This document shows, in pieces, positions 29,001-42,327 of a stretch of DNA of 64,000 nt (position 1 is its first letter; each line of letters begins with the position of its first letter). The translations under genes and the position numbers were made by a program. The stretch is from Chrysomallon squamiferum (taxonomy: Eukaryota; Animalia; Mollusca), in contig CM022675.1 of the NCBI GenBank assembly GCA_012295275.1, positions 12,152,001 to 12,216,000 on the forward strand, written 5' to 3'. A model generated the notes under the pieces. That model ran no database searches. It was not told where the DNA came from and worked only from the letters and a program-made list of their open reading frames with translations.

Positions 29001-32000
29001 ATAAAGAATTAATTTTTAAAATGATTATGCCTATTTTAGTATAAAGTAAAAAATTATTATTATTTCAATAAAAAAAAAATAAAAAAAATATTTATCTAAC
29101 AGACTTTAATTTTTTCTGTTAAATATAATGGGTCCATTTTGGAATTTCTGTGTAATGAAACAAAACATATTTTTACAATTACATTCATTATATGTAACCA
29201 CTGCTATAAAATAGCTATATTGTGTAAAACAGAACACTACCATTTTTCTTATACAAGAAGTGTCAAACTGATGAGTGTGTTTATAAAGATACTTACAGCA
29301 ACAACCTGTGGAGGCAGGTCCCCTTCACCTATAGTATTTTCTGAATCATGACTTGGTTTCTGTTGAAATAGTTCATCTTCTGAAAAATTCAGTAAACATA
29401 AAAATCATAATAATGAGATTACAATAGCCTTGGATAGTCACTCTTATTATTATTATTTTACAATAAATTTGATGAAAGAAATGAAGAAATACTGGTTTAT
29501 TATTTATTTAGTTATTAACAAAATAATTTGATTTTTAATTCTAAGAATAATTTATTCAACAATTCTTCGTCTGAGATAAAGAAAACAAATTTAAGAAATG
29601 GTTATTTGATTACACATTTACATATAATGAAATCCAGACGTTTTATAATTTTAGTTAATAAATAAATAAATAAATAAACAGTGAACATTCACCAAAACAA
29701 TTGAAGTTAAAGACATATTTAAAACAGAAATGAAATCTGATAATTTAGTTTTTTTATAATTTATTTTTTTAAAATTTTGATTATTTTCATTGTAGTTTTT
29801 TTAAATTATTACCTAGTGTCAGCTATAATTAATTCTTAATTTAATGTTATTTACAAATCTTTCTAAGCCCCTGAAAAAACCTCCCTAAACCAAAACTGTA
29901 ATGTGTGCACAGGCACAAACAAACCCATTTAAATCTGATAAAATTATCAGTCAGATCTTATCACTGTGCATTTTAAACAAATATCTTTTCAGTTACATCA
30001 TTAATAATTATATCTTTCTTTTCTTCATCTTCCAAATCAAAAATTTAAGATTCAAACTTATCAAATGGTGCCCGATGCAAGTACTACTGGGTAAAATGTG
30101 CAATAAAAAATTAAATGCCACTGAAAAGAATTACAAAAGGATGCAGGAAATAAATAGCTTAATTTGCATACGAGCACTAGTGCAATACTGCATATGCTGA
30201 TAATAAAATAATGCAGATATGTTTTCAAAAAAGACTGCCTATATTTATAATATATTAATGTTTAGCTTCAAAGTATTATTGCCTTTCAATTTTTAATTAT
30301 GTAATTGTTACATCTTGGAATAAAAATATTGCTTTATCATAATACTGTAAAGCCTAAATAAATCACATTGTACAATCATGATACGTTACTTCCTCAGTTT
30401 GTAATAAATTACTGTTTTAATAAATATACCTTGTAACATAATAGCTCTTATATTTATATTTTTACCTCTCTCTCTTTACAAACCAGTTATTTTTCTTCTC
30501 ATAATATTTTTTAATATAAATGAAAAATGTATTAGCTAAATGCAATGTCTAAACTGTAGTGCAAATTTATAAATTAAATATTTATAAAAAATGTTATCTT
30601 TTATTTAATTTATTTTTTGGCAATTTATTTTGATTATAACAATTTCTACATTTTTTAAAACTTTTGGATTAATAAAATAATTTTGCTTCAAATGATTAGT
30701 TTTCTTCTTCTTTTTTGTTTTTATTTACATATTTAAATCACAACTGTTTTTAAAACGGCAACACAATTACAAATTATGCCAATGTCTGCCATATAAATTT
30801 TGTTTTTAATTAAAAACAATAAAAAGAAATAAAATTTCTGTGTCAGATACCTTTATATAACTACTTAATTACATACATATTAAATTGCATAAAGCAGATT
30901 TTAAAATTAAGTCATCTGTGTGCAAAAATTATTTTTGTATAAACACAGGAGTACTTATAAAGTAAAAAATTATTCCAGTATGAAATTGAGTACTGAGTTT
31001 GTCAAATTATTTTTATTTGTACAGCTTCATCTATACTTTTTCAAGTGAATAGCAAAATTAATTTAAAAGCTTTTTTCTGTGATAACTCTTCAGGTTTATA
31101 TAACCTATATTTTGGTTAATACTTTAATAAAATAAATTTAAAAAAAAAAGGAAATTGGCCTAGAATAACTTAATAATTATTGCTTCCTTGTAGCAAAGCA
31201 ATAAGTTTGCAGAACTATTTAATATAATTTAAATAAAGTTAAAACTCTCTTTCACATATGTTCAGTCACACTCATTCAAACCATAAACACAAATAATAAT
31301 GAATTATTGATATAATTTAAACCAATTAAAAAAAATATTCATTTATTTTAAAATAATTGAATAAAATTATCAACTTCCATTGAATTATAATATATTATGA
31401 CATAACTAAAGGTACAATGTACAAAAACATATTATATTATTATCCAGCATTATTACTGTAACAATAATTGTCTCTTCCTATATAGTAAGTATTATTTATT
31501 TTATCCAGTGAATATTTCTGTCACAATTCACTGTGTTAATTAATAACAACCAATCAACAACTTTTTAACATTCCATGTTAATAATATCCAGTCAGTAATC
31601 CCTTTACATTTCCATCACCTATTAATAATATGAGTCATGAATAAAGATTTGCTAATATCATTAAGGAATAAAAAGATAAACAAATAATAAAAATATACAC
31701 AATAACAGAGAATAATACAACTTCACCATATTTAGAAAGAGAAAGAGAGAATATTAACTGAAGGAAAAAATTCTACATTACATCTAGAAAGAAGCTAAGA
31801 TGATTAAGGTTTTTCAAGCAGTCTGTGATTATATCACTGAAGCAATGAAATTAATTTTTTATTATTTTCATTCAATAGTAATAAAAATAATAATGATGAT
31901 AAAAATCTTATTACAATCATGATGTGTTTTTCTTTTAATATTAAATGTTATGTTCTCAATGTTCATAATTTATGGAAATAAACTAATTATTCATTTAAAG

Positions 32001-35000
32001 TATATATATTGAAATAAAACCAAGAAATTCCTTTTTTTCATGGAAATAACTAAATAATAACACCATGATTTGTAGTCATTATCAGATAATAACAAATTTA
32101 ATCATTTTAATTTTTGCTTTACTTTTAAATTTAAATATGTATGTAATGAAAAACAGATGCTTCAGCAAAAACAAAATCACAAAATGCTATTAAGCAATTA
32201 AAAAAAATGGATAAAAAAAAAGAGAAAAAAATAATAATTTAGAAAAGGTTAGGAATATATATTTAGCCATTATTAAACATACCTTCATCACTTTCATTAC
32301 GACCTGTGTATTTGGGTAAAAAAATAAAATAAATAAACATGCCAAGGTTAGTTTTCAAAAGGGAGATCACTCACCCAATAAGAATTCAGCTTTATCTGAA
32401 AACACTAAACACTCAAAAAGCATTGCACACAAACTAGCATGATTTTGGTTTACTTTTCTAATGAATGAATAACTCAAGATGGTAATTAATCTGTATGTTT
32501 TCTTAATTATTTTTCTGGTTTAAGCATATGAGTGTCACATACCATGAATAAGTGAATAATTTATGTATGAATGAATATGAACAAGAATAAACATGTAAAT
32601 TAAATAGAGAAATAAATAAATATTTTCTTCTATAAAATAATAAATGTGACTGTAGTATTAGACCAAAACAAATAAGATAGTTTATTTAAGAATACAATCA
32701 CCAAATAAAAAAAAATAAAAAACCACTGTTAAAAACAATTCATAAAACTTATTCAAATTATTATTCATTAAATTGTATTAAAAATTATGAATTAAAAGCA
32801 AAACAAACCAAGCCTAACTAACTAAAAATCTAAACTGAATGTGATTTTGAAATCAAAAATATATTTAAAATTCTAAAACAAAAGCATTTGCTGCAATATT
32901 GCTACTATTCTTACTCCTGTTTGTTGAATACATGTCTGAATGATTCTAAGTACATATATTGGTAGTAGTAGTATTAATAGTTGTAAGAGTAATAATAATA
33001 TAGATACATCTTGGAACTTACTGTTGTAATAGTATATATATAAAATTATTTTAATCGGGTAGTTTTAAATGGATGAAAAGAGCAAATTACTATTTAAAAA
33101 AAATATATACTACTTGATGGTGTAAAAGTTTACATTTTGGACCCAATTAAATAAAATGCCAGGTTTACCTAAGATTTATCTAAGCTATCATTAAGGTTAT
33201 GATTATCTGAAGTGTTTAGTTTTAGAAAACAATTTACAATCTAAAACAGTCCAATACAAAAACAAAATATCTGACAGAAATGATTAGCTAAGAACATCAT
33301 CAGTTAATTTAATCAAAGATTAAGCAAATAAAAGGCTTGCATGCAATGAACACAATGTAGCACACTAAGCCACATACTACATTTTCAAAAATCTGTGACA
33401 TTCTATCATTTATTTACGAACTTTAACATTATGGTGTAATCAATTAATATAAATCTAACGATCTTATCGAAATGATCACATCTGAAGAACAACAAATTCT
33501 CAGATCAGTTTGTAGAATAAACTTTAACCCAGAACTATCATTTCTCTTAACTCACTAACAAAACTAACAGTAGCTGACTTAACTAGATAACACAGACTGT
33601 GTTAAAGAAAAAATAGTTCAGTCTTCAGTGGGTAAATGCACATTTCAGATAGATTTGTTTGATGAAACGGGAGCAACTAACTAATGCATGAGAAGACAAT
33701 GAAATACAAATTAAAACTAAAATTAACAAACTTCTTGGGATTTTGAGGCAGAGTTTATTACTAGCTGATTGTTACAGGAACTTGATTGTACAATTTTACA
33801 TAATGATTTTTTTTGGAAATCTATGAAAAATTAGGACCCACTTCATAAAATTTCTTTACTATATAGGACATTCTCTTTTTATATTTACTAAACTGGTGGC
33901 AATACCACACATTTGCTCTCAGATTTTGTACATATGGTTTCAGCCTTATCTTCAGACAGATTAATTTAATCAGTAACTAATTTACAAATCAAACAAAGTG
34001 AAATGATTATTTTGTCAAACAGATTCTGCTTGCAAACGCCAAACTACCGTTAACTAGAGTAATTAAATTTTAAATGCCTATTTCTGAATAAAAATATAAA
34101 CAGAGGCAAGCAGTTAATGTTTACTAATTCATTCGACACTTCTAATTTATTAATATTACACATAATAATTACAAAATACTAAGATTATTGCAAACAAGCA
34201 ATCAATCCACATCTACATTTTTGAGAGAAATGTAAGCAGTCTGTGAAAGAAAAGATTAGTTACCTTCTCTTCTCCGTCGAGATCCTTTTGCAGATGTAGG
34301 CCGAGGAATTCTGGCTGGTGATTCCTGAAATCCAAGTAAAAAATTAACAACAGAGATCTTTAAGTCATTTAAAGAAGAAAGTACTGGTGAAAACAGAAAC
34401 AGACAACAGAAACAGAATTGTGAGACCGATTAGTGTTGTATAGTACAACACAGGCTTGAAGTTTCAGTTTCAAATCATAAAGAAATAATGTCTGGAATGC
34501 TTTAAGTATGATTTCTATTAATGGAAATGCAATAATAAATTTAGGAAACAGTATATAATTGCTTTAAAAACATGATACCTTCCAGATATTGTTCATTTTT
34601 ACAAAATGAACTTTTAGTATAACTATGGTATGTACAAGCACATGTTTATGTAGACATTTTAGTTTTCTCAGACATTAATTCATACCAGGCAGTTATAATA
34701 ATCCCTGACAAAATGAGTATAAAACAACTTTTTGATGATTTACTCAGTTTTCAGGTTTGTATTTTCTTTTACATTTTTCCACACACAAAGAAAAATGTGA
34801 ATAAAAATGTAAAAGTGGCAGTATATATGGATCTCCCTCAGCTTTAATTTAAGAATAGTTTACTGTAATAAATAATTTATAAAAATCTCAAACCTGCTTC
34901 TCTGGTTTTTGTTGTTCTTTTGGAGATTCTACTGGATGCTGGTTTTCTTTACCGGACTCACCTTTCTGTAAAACAATTTAAAAAACAACAAATATATAGT

Positions 35001-38000
35001 AATAAAAAATGATGACATATGTATACAAAATAAATAAATAAATAAATGAAATTCAAGTCTTTTTTTTTGTTTTTTTTCTGGGTTTAAAAACGAATATTTA
35101 ACACTTTATTTATTATAATGTTAATTAATGGATATTGTCAGTGAAATAATAACTACTAATAAACACATTATTTAATTTTTCTTATTTACATTAAAAAAAG
35201 TACTGTAAATAGAATTCTGTGAAAATATGTCATCAATTAATTTAAAATAAATACTAAACATGAAGGAAACAATGACTACAAAACTGAATTAAATATTAAG
35301 GCAAAATTACAGAAATATTATCATAGAATTCCTATTTAAACTTGTAATATTAATGTGATCACATTTCAACAAGAAAAAGTAATATAAATATGCCTTTAAA
35401 AATTACTTAATGTGATATCATGGGAATAATAATTTGTAGTGTAACAAGCAAAATATATACTAGATTAGAACTAGCCAGCCTGTAATTTAAAATATAAACT
35501 ATCATCTTTCTTTGTACAATACTGTAGTATTCAAATAACAAATGATGTGAAATTAATAGAATAATTAACTCTGCTTAAATATTAAACAATGTTAACAACA
35601 AACATCAAAAATCTAACACAATGAAAATAAACGCGACATTAAAGAGCACCTGTGGATATATACAAAAAAAAAAAAAAAAAATTCCACTAAATACAGTAAT
35701 CTGAATTCTTGCAAGTTATTTGTTTTCTGCTGTCAAACTTTTACAATTTTAGGCAAGGCCATTTAGTCATACCACCACAGGTAAACTTTAACCAATTAAA
35801 ACAGCAAATATGAATCATGCGAGAAAATCAACTTTTCATATATCATTTTAGAAATTGGAAAACCTGTTAGGCTCTCATGTACTTGACTAATGCGTACATA
35901 ACAAGCAACATCAAATATAATTTGGTTTACACTAAATCAAATTTATGTGTCATAAACCCAAACACACTCATTAAAGAACTTAGATTTAATTAGCAGTTTA
36001 AAATGATATGAATGAATGTATTACCAACAACATCTAAATAAATTTTGATTTGTTCTTATTGAGTATCACTAAGGGATATTTTTAATGTACTTTTTCACAC
36101 AGAGGAAAACACAGTAACCTCTGAAATCTCATGAGGCCTCCAGGATTTTATATATCTACAGTTCATTTAATTTTAGTCATCTGCGATTTGCTTAATTATG
36201 AACTACATGTAGTTTGAACATCAAAGTAAATTAAAAAATGAAAAATAAAACATTTAACTTTGGAATTAAAACGAAATGCACCAAAGCTACGTGATTTCAA
36301 AAATATCGAAAATTAAAATATCAACTTCAATTTTTTATTTATCAGTAAATAACAGATAAATAATCAAACATGTTGACAAAATCATAAGATAAATAAAACA
36401 TTTTAAATAAGACAAACAGTTGAAACATTAACATGTAACTAATATTAAACTGAGTTTTGTAAAAGTAAAAAACAAAAAAAAATCCAACAAATTAACTTCT
36501 GATTTTAAAACCTTAAGATTTCTGGATTTCGGAACAGATATTTCTGCTTTTGAAGTCCGACATGTCTTTTCGTTGGTTTGTTTCTGATTTGGTGAGGTCT
36601 TTGATTTCTGTGCATGCTTCGACATATTTGAATACTTCACAGTGATTGTAGAAGGCCGTGTTAAAGAAGATGCCTGTGATACCTTTGAAGGTGACGGTGA
36701 CGATGCTGATGATGTAATTGGAATGCTAATCTGAGAAGAACTTCCCTGCATGTTCCTTTCAGAACTTTTACACTCGTTGACAGTGTCGCGACGGACAGCC
36801 ATACGACTCTTTGCTCCAACTTTTCTTTTTTTGTCAAAGACATTTTGCCCAGCAGCACTTGCAGCCCAGTTTTCATTCATACCATCAGTGTCTTGCCTGC
36901 CTAATTCTGAAGAGCAGCTGGCCAGTTTTTTTCGGACAGGTGACTTATTTTCTGCCATACTAATAATCCCATCTTTCTCCTTCCTTGAAACAATTTCTCC
37001 TTCAACTGGGACCTTTTCCAATGTATTCTCTTGGAAATCTAAGTGCTTTAGAGAGTTCAGACAAAAAGCTAAATGTTTTTTTAACCAACAATATTAAATA
37101 ATTAAACACTGTATTCATGATTAACAGTGTATCTGGAATGGAGCAACAAATAATGAACTCAGAATAATAATAATAATAATAATTAAAAAAAAGTAAAGAA
37201 GGTATTATATATAAATGTTGGTTCAGTCATAAAATGCAAATTCTGTAAACCTCCGATTTTTAAAATAAAAGAATGACTTTTTGTATTATGGTACCACAGA
37301 CAATTTTAATATTTATGGCTATTAGTGCTTGTTGTATGAGGACAGCAGAGAGAGGAAACTAGATGCTGTCATTCAGCAGTGAAAACCTTTTTTTATTTCC
37401 TTCCCATATACAAAAAAAACCTTTGGCCTCTAACGAAAGTCTGTCATAGGGCATTCATTACAAATAAAATAAAACTTAAATTTTTTCTAAAATCTTTAAA
37501 AGTATCATCCATGAGTTTTCCAAGATTCCAAGTTAAGTGGACAACCCTTTTGTTAACTCTAGCAATGGTTGTGAAAAATATTTTAATGTATAAATGTGAA
37601 GATTTATCAGGAGATACTTTTGATACAAGTGTTTTAGCTTTGGAACCAGTCACTTTAAATAAGAATCAAATCTCCATTTCACTTTACCTAGACAACATGG
37701 CTTGAAAAATTTAAATTCTACTGAAAGGTAACATACCCTTTTAGATTTTCTTTCTCTGTCTTTTTCTCTTCCGCCATCTTTATCTCTAACACTTTCACCA
37801 CTTTTTGCTTCTTTCACTCCATCCCCTCTTTCTCGAGAACTGTCTTTCTCTCTTTCATGTGACTTGTGTCTGTCTTTGTCTTTATTTCGTCTCTCCTTAA
37901 AAAAAAACCCACACATGTATATATGTGTTTGTGTGTTTATCAAAGTACTTACATATATTATATATATGGAATGACTGCCTCAAATGTTCAGTATTGGATT

Positions 38001-39956
38001 ATTTTATGAATTAAGAAATAAAAGCTGCAAACAGACTAATTCCATACGTTTATTAAAAAGATTTCAAATATAGCTTAATAAATATGCCAAAAAAGTGGTA
38101 TATGGTTAATAATATACTTTAATCAATTTCTTTCTATTTTTATTTTAAATATTACTTTCATGAAGTGTTGTGAAATAATCTCTCAGAAAAATTCTAGAAA
38201 CCTCTTTATCTATACTTTTAGTAATTTTAAAATCTATTGAATTAAAAGTACTCTATCTACATCAGATCTGTGTTTTTTCTTCTCTCCATCTTTTTCAGGA
38301 TCTATTCTTTCCTCTCCTTCATCTGATGGTGCTTTGTTGAATCTTTTTACATATTCTTCGTTATTCACCTGAAAAAAAGAAAAGAAAAAAAAGAACAGCA
38401 GAAAAAAATAATAATAATTTATAATAAAATTTTACACCAAATAAAAAAGTTTTTGAAAAATGCACTTAAATCTATACACGTTATGACAGTCAAATGCTGC
38501 TGTTGTTTCATAACTGTATCAATTTACCTATTTAATATTATTTGAAACATTAATATACCAATTAATATTTTATGATGTCTTATTTATTATGACATATATT
38601 AACATTATTTAAGTATTTTAATAAGTTTTTATTTCCAACCAGAAACAATATTATCTAGTTTTATAAAACATTATTATTACATCACTGAAAAATACCATTT
38701 AAATTATTAAATAATGTAAGCATTTTAACCTTGAAAGACACTACCATTTTTTTCAACAACAGCTGTAGGAATCTGTGAAATATTATTTCAAAACAGAAAC
38801 AGTTTAAGAAATAATACTGTTATATTAATGGAAACTGACTTTTAATTTAATAGCTTCTGCTAAGGCTTGTAAAAACTCATTTGTTTTCTCTGGTTCACTT
38901 CCAGCGACAATTTTTTGTGGCCGAACAGCCAATGACTTTCCTGTGACCATAGCTAAAAACAAATTTGAAAAATGAAAGTAAAATATCAGTGCTGTAATAT
39001 AGTAGTAGATAATGTTAGTATCTATCATGCTGCTTGAATGGAAGCATCAGAAGGAGAAGATTTTCATAGCTTTACTTTTGATTTTTTAAATTTATGTTAA
39101 AGTGTAACAACACCATGATTTGTCAAGGGGGAAGTTGTTTGATTGGATTATTAAAAATATAAAAATATGAACATCTGTAAATAACAACATAATTAATAAG
39201 AAATAATAACAACCATAATACTAGCAATAATTAATTTACCTGATGTTAATACTAATGATGAAATTAAAATGTATTAAGTGTACTTACAAACGAAATCAAT
39301 GGCCTTCTGTAGAAAAGCTATTTTGGAATCTCGATCCTATTGAGAAAGTAACCACTATTACATACCACATACGTAATATATGTATTTACAGAAACACACG
39401 TTCCTAATTATATTTTGTTAAATCTGAGAACTGAAGTAAGGAAATTAGAGAATATGTTTTGCATTCTTCATTTTTGTTTATTTCTGGCTAAATATATTAA
39501 TTATGACTATGCACATGACAAGAAACTTGTCATCTTTTCTGTTACAAATTACTGTGTGTGTGTGTCCTACCTAAGACAACTGACATTTTAATTGTGAATA
39601 TTTTTTTTCTCACAAAGATGGTGTTCTGATATGACTTTTCATAATCATATATTTTTTATATTTATATAAATAGTATATTTTTTAATACAAACCTTAATAT
39701 TCTCTGAATTAAGTTCTTTTTCTGAAAACAGCCCTTTCATAAAACCTGTGGTTTTGATAACCTATAATAAAAAAATATTATATAAACGTTTTCCTCAAAA
39801 CATTTTCTTTATTTATTGTTATTTAACTATTTATGTTCTCAATGTCAGAATGTTTGCTCCGCAGAGGGTAGACCTTGTGAGCTAAGACACTACACTTATG
39901 TTCATAATACTGCAATATCAAGATATGAAAAGGTCATCCAATAAATAAATAAATAA

Positions 39957-40019
<63 letters not shown>

Positions 40020-40319
40020 TGATATTAAATTAATACATTAACTTATCATTAAGCAAAAGTCACTTTTATCCATTTTACAATGAACAGAATAATACAGAAA
40101 GCCAAAACAATGCATTTCAAATAAATCAGTACATTTAATTCGCATCAATGATTTAATCATAACAGTTGTTTATATTAGAAATGACTATCTGCTTACCGAT
40201 GTAAAAACATCATGAAGGAATCTAAACGGTGGCTTGCTAAGAAGTTTATCAGTAAGTGGAGGTTTCTTGATAGCTTTGCCAAGCGTATCTTGAGTCTTTT
40301 TTATAATTTTTGGATCCAT
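26089..40319 (-). CDS. TRAF3IP1: TRAF3-interacting protein 1 / IFT54 (MIP-T3), intraflagellar transport complex B
   Basis: Minus-strand exons: 40197-40319 (MDPKIIKKTQDTLGKAIKKPPLTDKLLSKPPFRFLHD), 39693-39761, 39288-39336 (DRDSKIAFLQKAID), 38840-38952 (KIVAGSEPEKTNEFLQ), 38252-38368, 37737-37895 (R/E/K/D-rich), [36497-37045 optional], 34894-34965, 34264-34324 (RIPRPTSAKG), 32283-32303, 29297-29379, 28844-28927 (RPPSARPAPPR), 28414-28531, 28051-28090, 27428-27507 (GALVKKMLETK), 26732-26955 ([30 protein letters not shown]), 26089-26245. N-terminal CH domain and C-terminal coiled coil motifs recognised. One junction is out of phase. Confidence 0.95.
32283..32303 (-). CDS. TRAF3IP1: 21-nt microexon of TRAF3IP1
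   Basis: ACTAAC branch point (32347-32352), CAG acceptor, AAG|GTATGT donor, phase 1-1, encodes (G)RNESDE in frame. Confidence 0.7.
36497..37045 (-). CDS. Candidate large Ser/Lys-rich internal exon of TRAF3IP1 (~183 aa)
   Basis: A ~550-nt stop-free, more GC-rich block on the gene's strand, with a phase-0 AAG acceptor at 37046-37048 and phase-0 GT donors giving exon ends at 36512 or 36497; both flanking exon junctions are phase 0. Confidence 0.65.
39961..40019. repeat. (AAT)n microsatellite
   Basis: Directly visible. Confidence 0.95.
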
Positions 40320-40399
40320 ATCTGTTTTTTCTTCTAAAACTACTTCATTTGTTTCCAGTCATCAAAACATACAAATCACAACACTCAAAAACGCTTGTC

Positions 40400-40580
40400 A
40401 AAATTAAAAGAGGACGGAATTTCTTCCCATAAAGCACCATACGCATGCGTTATAGGCAATTTCCGGCAAGTGCGAGGGTAGTGGCATTCTGTTGCCATTG
40501 TTACATTCTACAATACAATACATCCGGAATTGCAACTGGGAACATTTAGTCGCGCAGTTTTACGATTTACGGTGCAGTTC
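40400..40580. promoter_or_regulatory. TRAF3IP1 promoter (possibly bidirectional) with X-box-like, ETS-like and NRF1-like sites
   Basis: CpG-containing patch 80-260 bp upstream of the ATG; GTTGCCATTGTTAC at 40491-40504; ACGCATGCGT palindrome at 40441-40450; TTCCGG at 40461 and CCGGAA at 40524. Confidence 0.6.
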
Positions 40581-40681
40581 AGATATTGAAATTAGAATAT
40601 TATTAATATTACTGTACAGACATTGTATAATGAAAAAATAAATGTTTTTATAGGTAATTCTTATTAAGCATAAACTAAATG

Positions 40682-40683
<2 letters not shown>

Positions 40684-40740
<57 letters not shown>
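40684..40740. repeat. (AAT)n microsatellite
   Basis: Directly visible. Confidence 0.95.
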
Positions 40741-41052
40741 GTAAGAAATAGAAATTATTCATAAATTAATTTTAGTTCATAAGAGTTTTTATCTTCTACT
40801 GAGTTAATTAGCCCTCCTTTTTTATATTTATAAACCAAGTAACCAAATAAAAAATCTTTCCAGACTGAGTTCCCTTTTTTTTTTTTTTTTCTTGTTTTTT
40901 TTTTTCTTGTTTTTTCTCCATCTTTTTTTTTTTTTTTTTTTTTCGTTATGATTATAAGTTTTCAGAGCTTTAAGCAGTAAAACTGAAATATATATAATTA
41001 AACTTTTAATATCATTCTTCATGTTTATATGCAATCATATGACAATATATAT

Positions 41053-41067
<15 letters not shown>

Positions 41068-41109
<42 letters not shown>
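41068..41109. repeat. (GA)n microsatellite, preceded by short (TA)/(CA) runs
   Basis: Directly visible. Confidence 0.95.
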
Positions 41110-41111
<2 letters not shown>

Positions 41112-41771
41112 AAATAAATAAATTAATAAATAAATATTATTGTTGTTATTATTATTATTCTGAATCAGAGGATGCAATATATATATATATTCTCTATTAA
41201 CATTATGCTCTCTATTAACATTATGCTCAAACTGTACATATGTGTATATAATCCATATATGTATGCATGTATGCATATAAAAATCGATATAATTATCAGA
41301 CAGTGCGCTGTCAAAGATCGTGGTGTATTCCCTCCTATTTATGTGAAATGCCACTTTGATAAAAGTACCAAGCAGGTGAATTTTAATTGTAATGAAAAGA
41401 AAGAACAGAAGTTTGTTGAAAGAATGATAATTACATCTTTTTTGAAATTGGAATTATTTTTATTTATGTATAAAACTGCCTTAGATTTCGATCAAACATA
41501 ATTGTAATAGGCTTACATTCAGAATATATTATTTAAAAAATTGTTGCTGCATATTTCTTTTCTTCTTAAAATATGATACTAAATATACCTCATTAGTCGT
41601 CTTTAAATACCATATGAAAGTAAGAACCACCCACCCAGTTGGTACTGAAATGGACTCGCCCACCTGGATGTCGTCTGCTTTGAAAAGACTATTGACAAGA
41701 AACGCATTTCATGTCGGTACTGAGAGGAGTGAAACGGTGAAAGGAAGGGCCCCGTTGCCCACAACATCAAG

Positions 41772-42252
41772 ATGGCGGCCACCGATTCAGAAAGCATTCA
41801 TGACAACATGACAAGGTTACGAATGCGAATGATTCAACAGGTGAGAAATTACGATTATTATTTTAAAAGTTTATAATATTTGTATTTTCAATAATTAAAA
41901 ATATATATATTTTTTTATTTTGGTGGTTATTTAAAATTGTGTTATCGGCATGTATCTTGTCCTGTCATGTTTTTATATGTTTATCAAAGTAAACAAACAG
42001 ACAAAAAATGTTATGGAACAAATAACGAATAACTTATTTAAAATTTTAAATTTATAAATATTTGTTTTCTATTTTCTTTTGATATAAATAAAAGTATTTT
42101 AATTTCAGGATGCTTTTCAAAACACTTTATACTTAATATAAATATATGTTGCAAATTTTCATATTCATACATTTTTAATTAACTGAATTTCCTTAATTAG
42201 ATTAAATGCTTAAATGTTTGAATGAAAAAAGAAAAGGAAAATGTTTCTTGTG

Positions 42253-42327
<75 letters not shown>

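Noticed and set aside
30165-30200. 5-nt or 16-nt microexon candidates (TAG|TGCTC|GTATGC, minus strand)
   Set aside because: Both introduce stops and do not repair the out-of-phase junction.
21998-36876. Antisense or alternative-frame ORFs over real exons (e.g. 21998-22228, 26758-26940, 36661-36876; also 55360-55596)
   Set aside because: Shadow ORFs of GC-richer coding exons.
37444-37736. ORF MTGSKAKTLVSK... as an alternative terminal exon of IFT54
   Set aside because: Needs a phase-1 join through a 35-nt intron from an extended exon, which is implausibly short.
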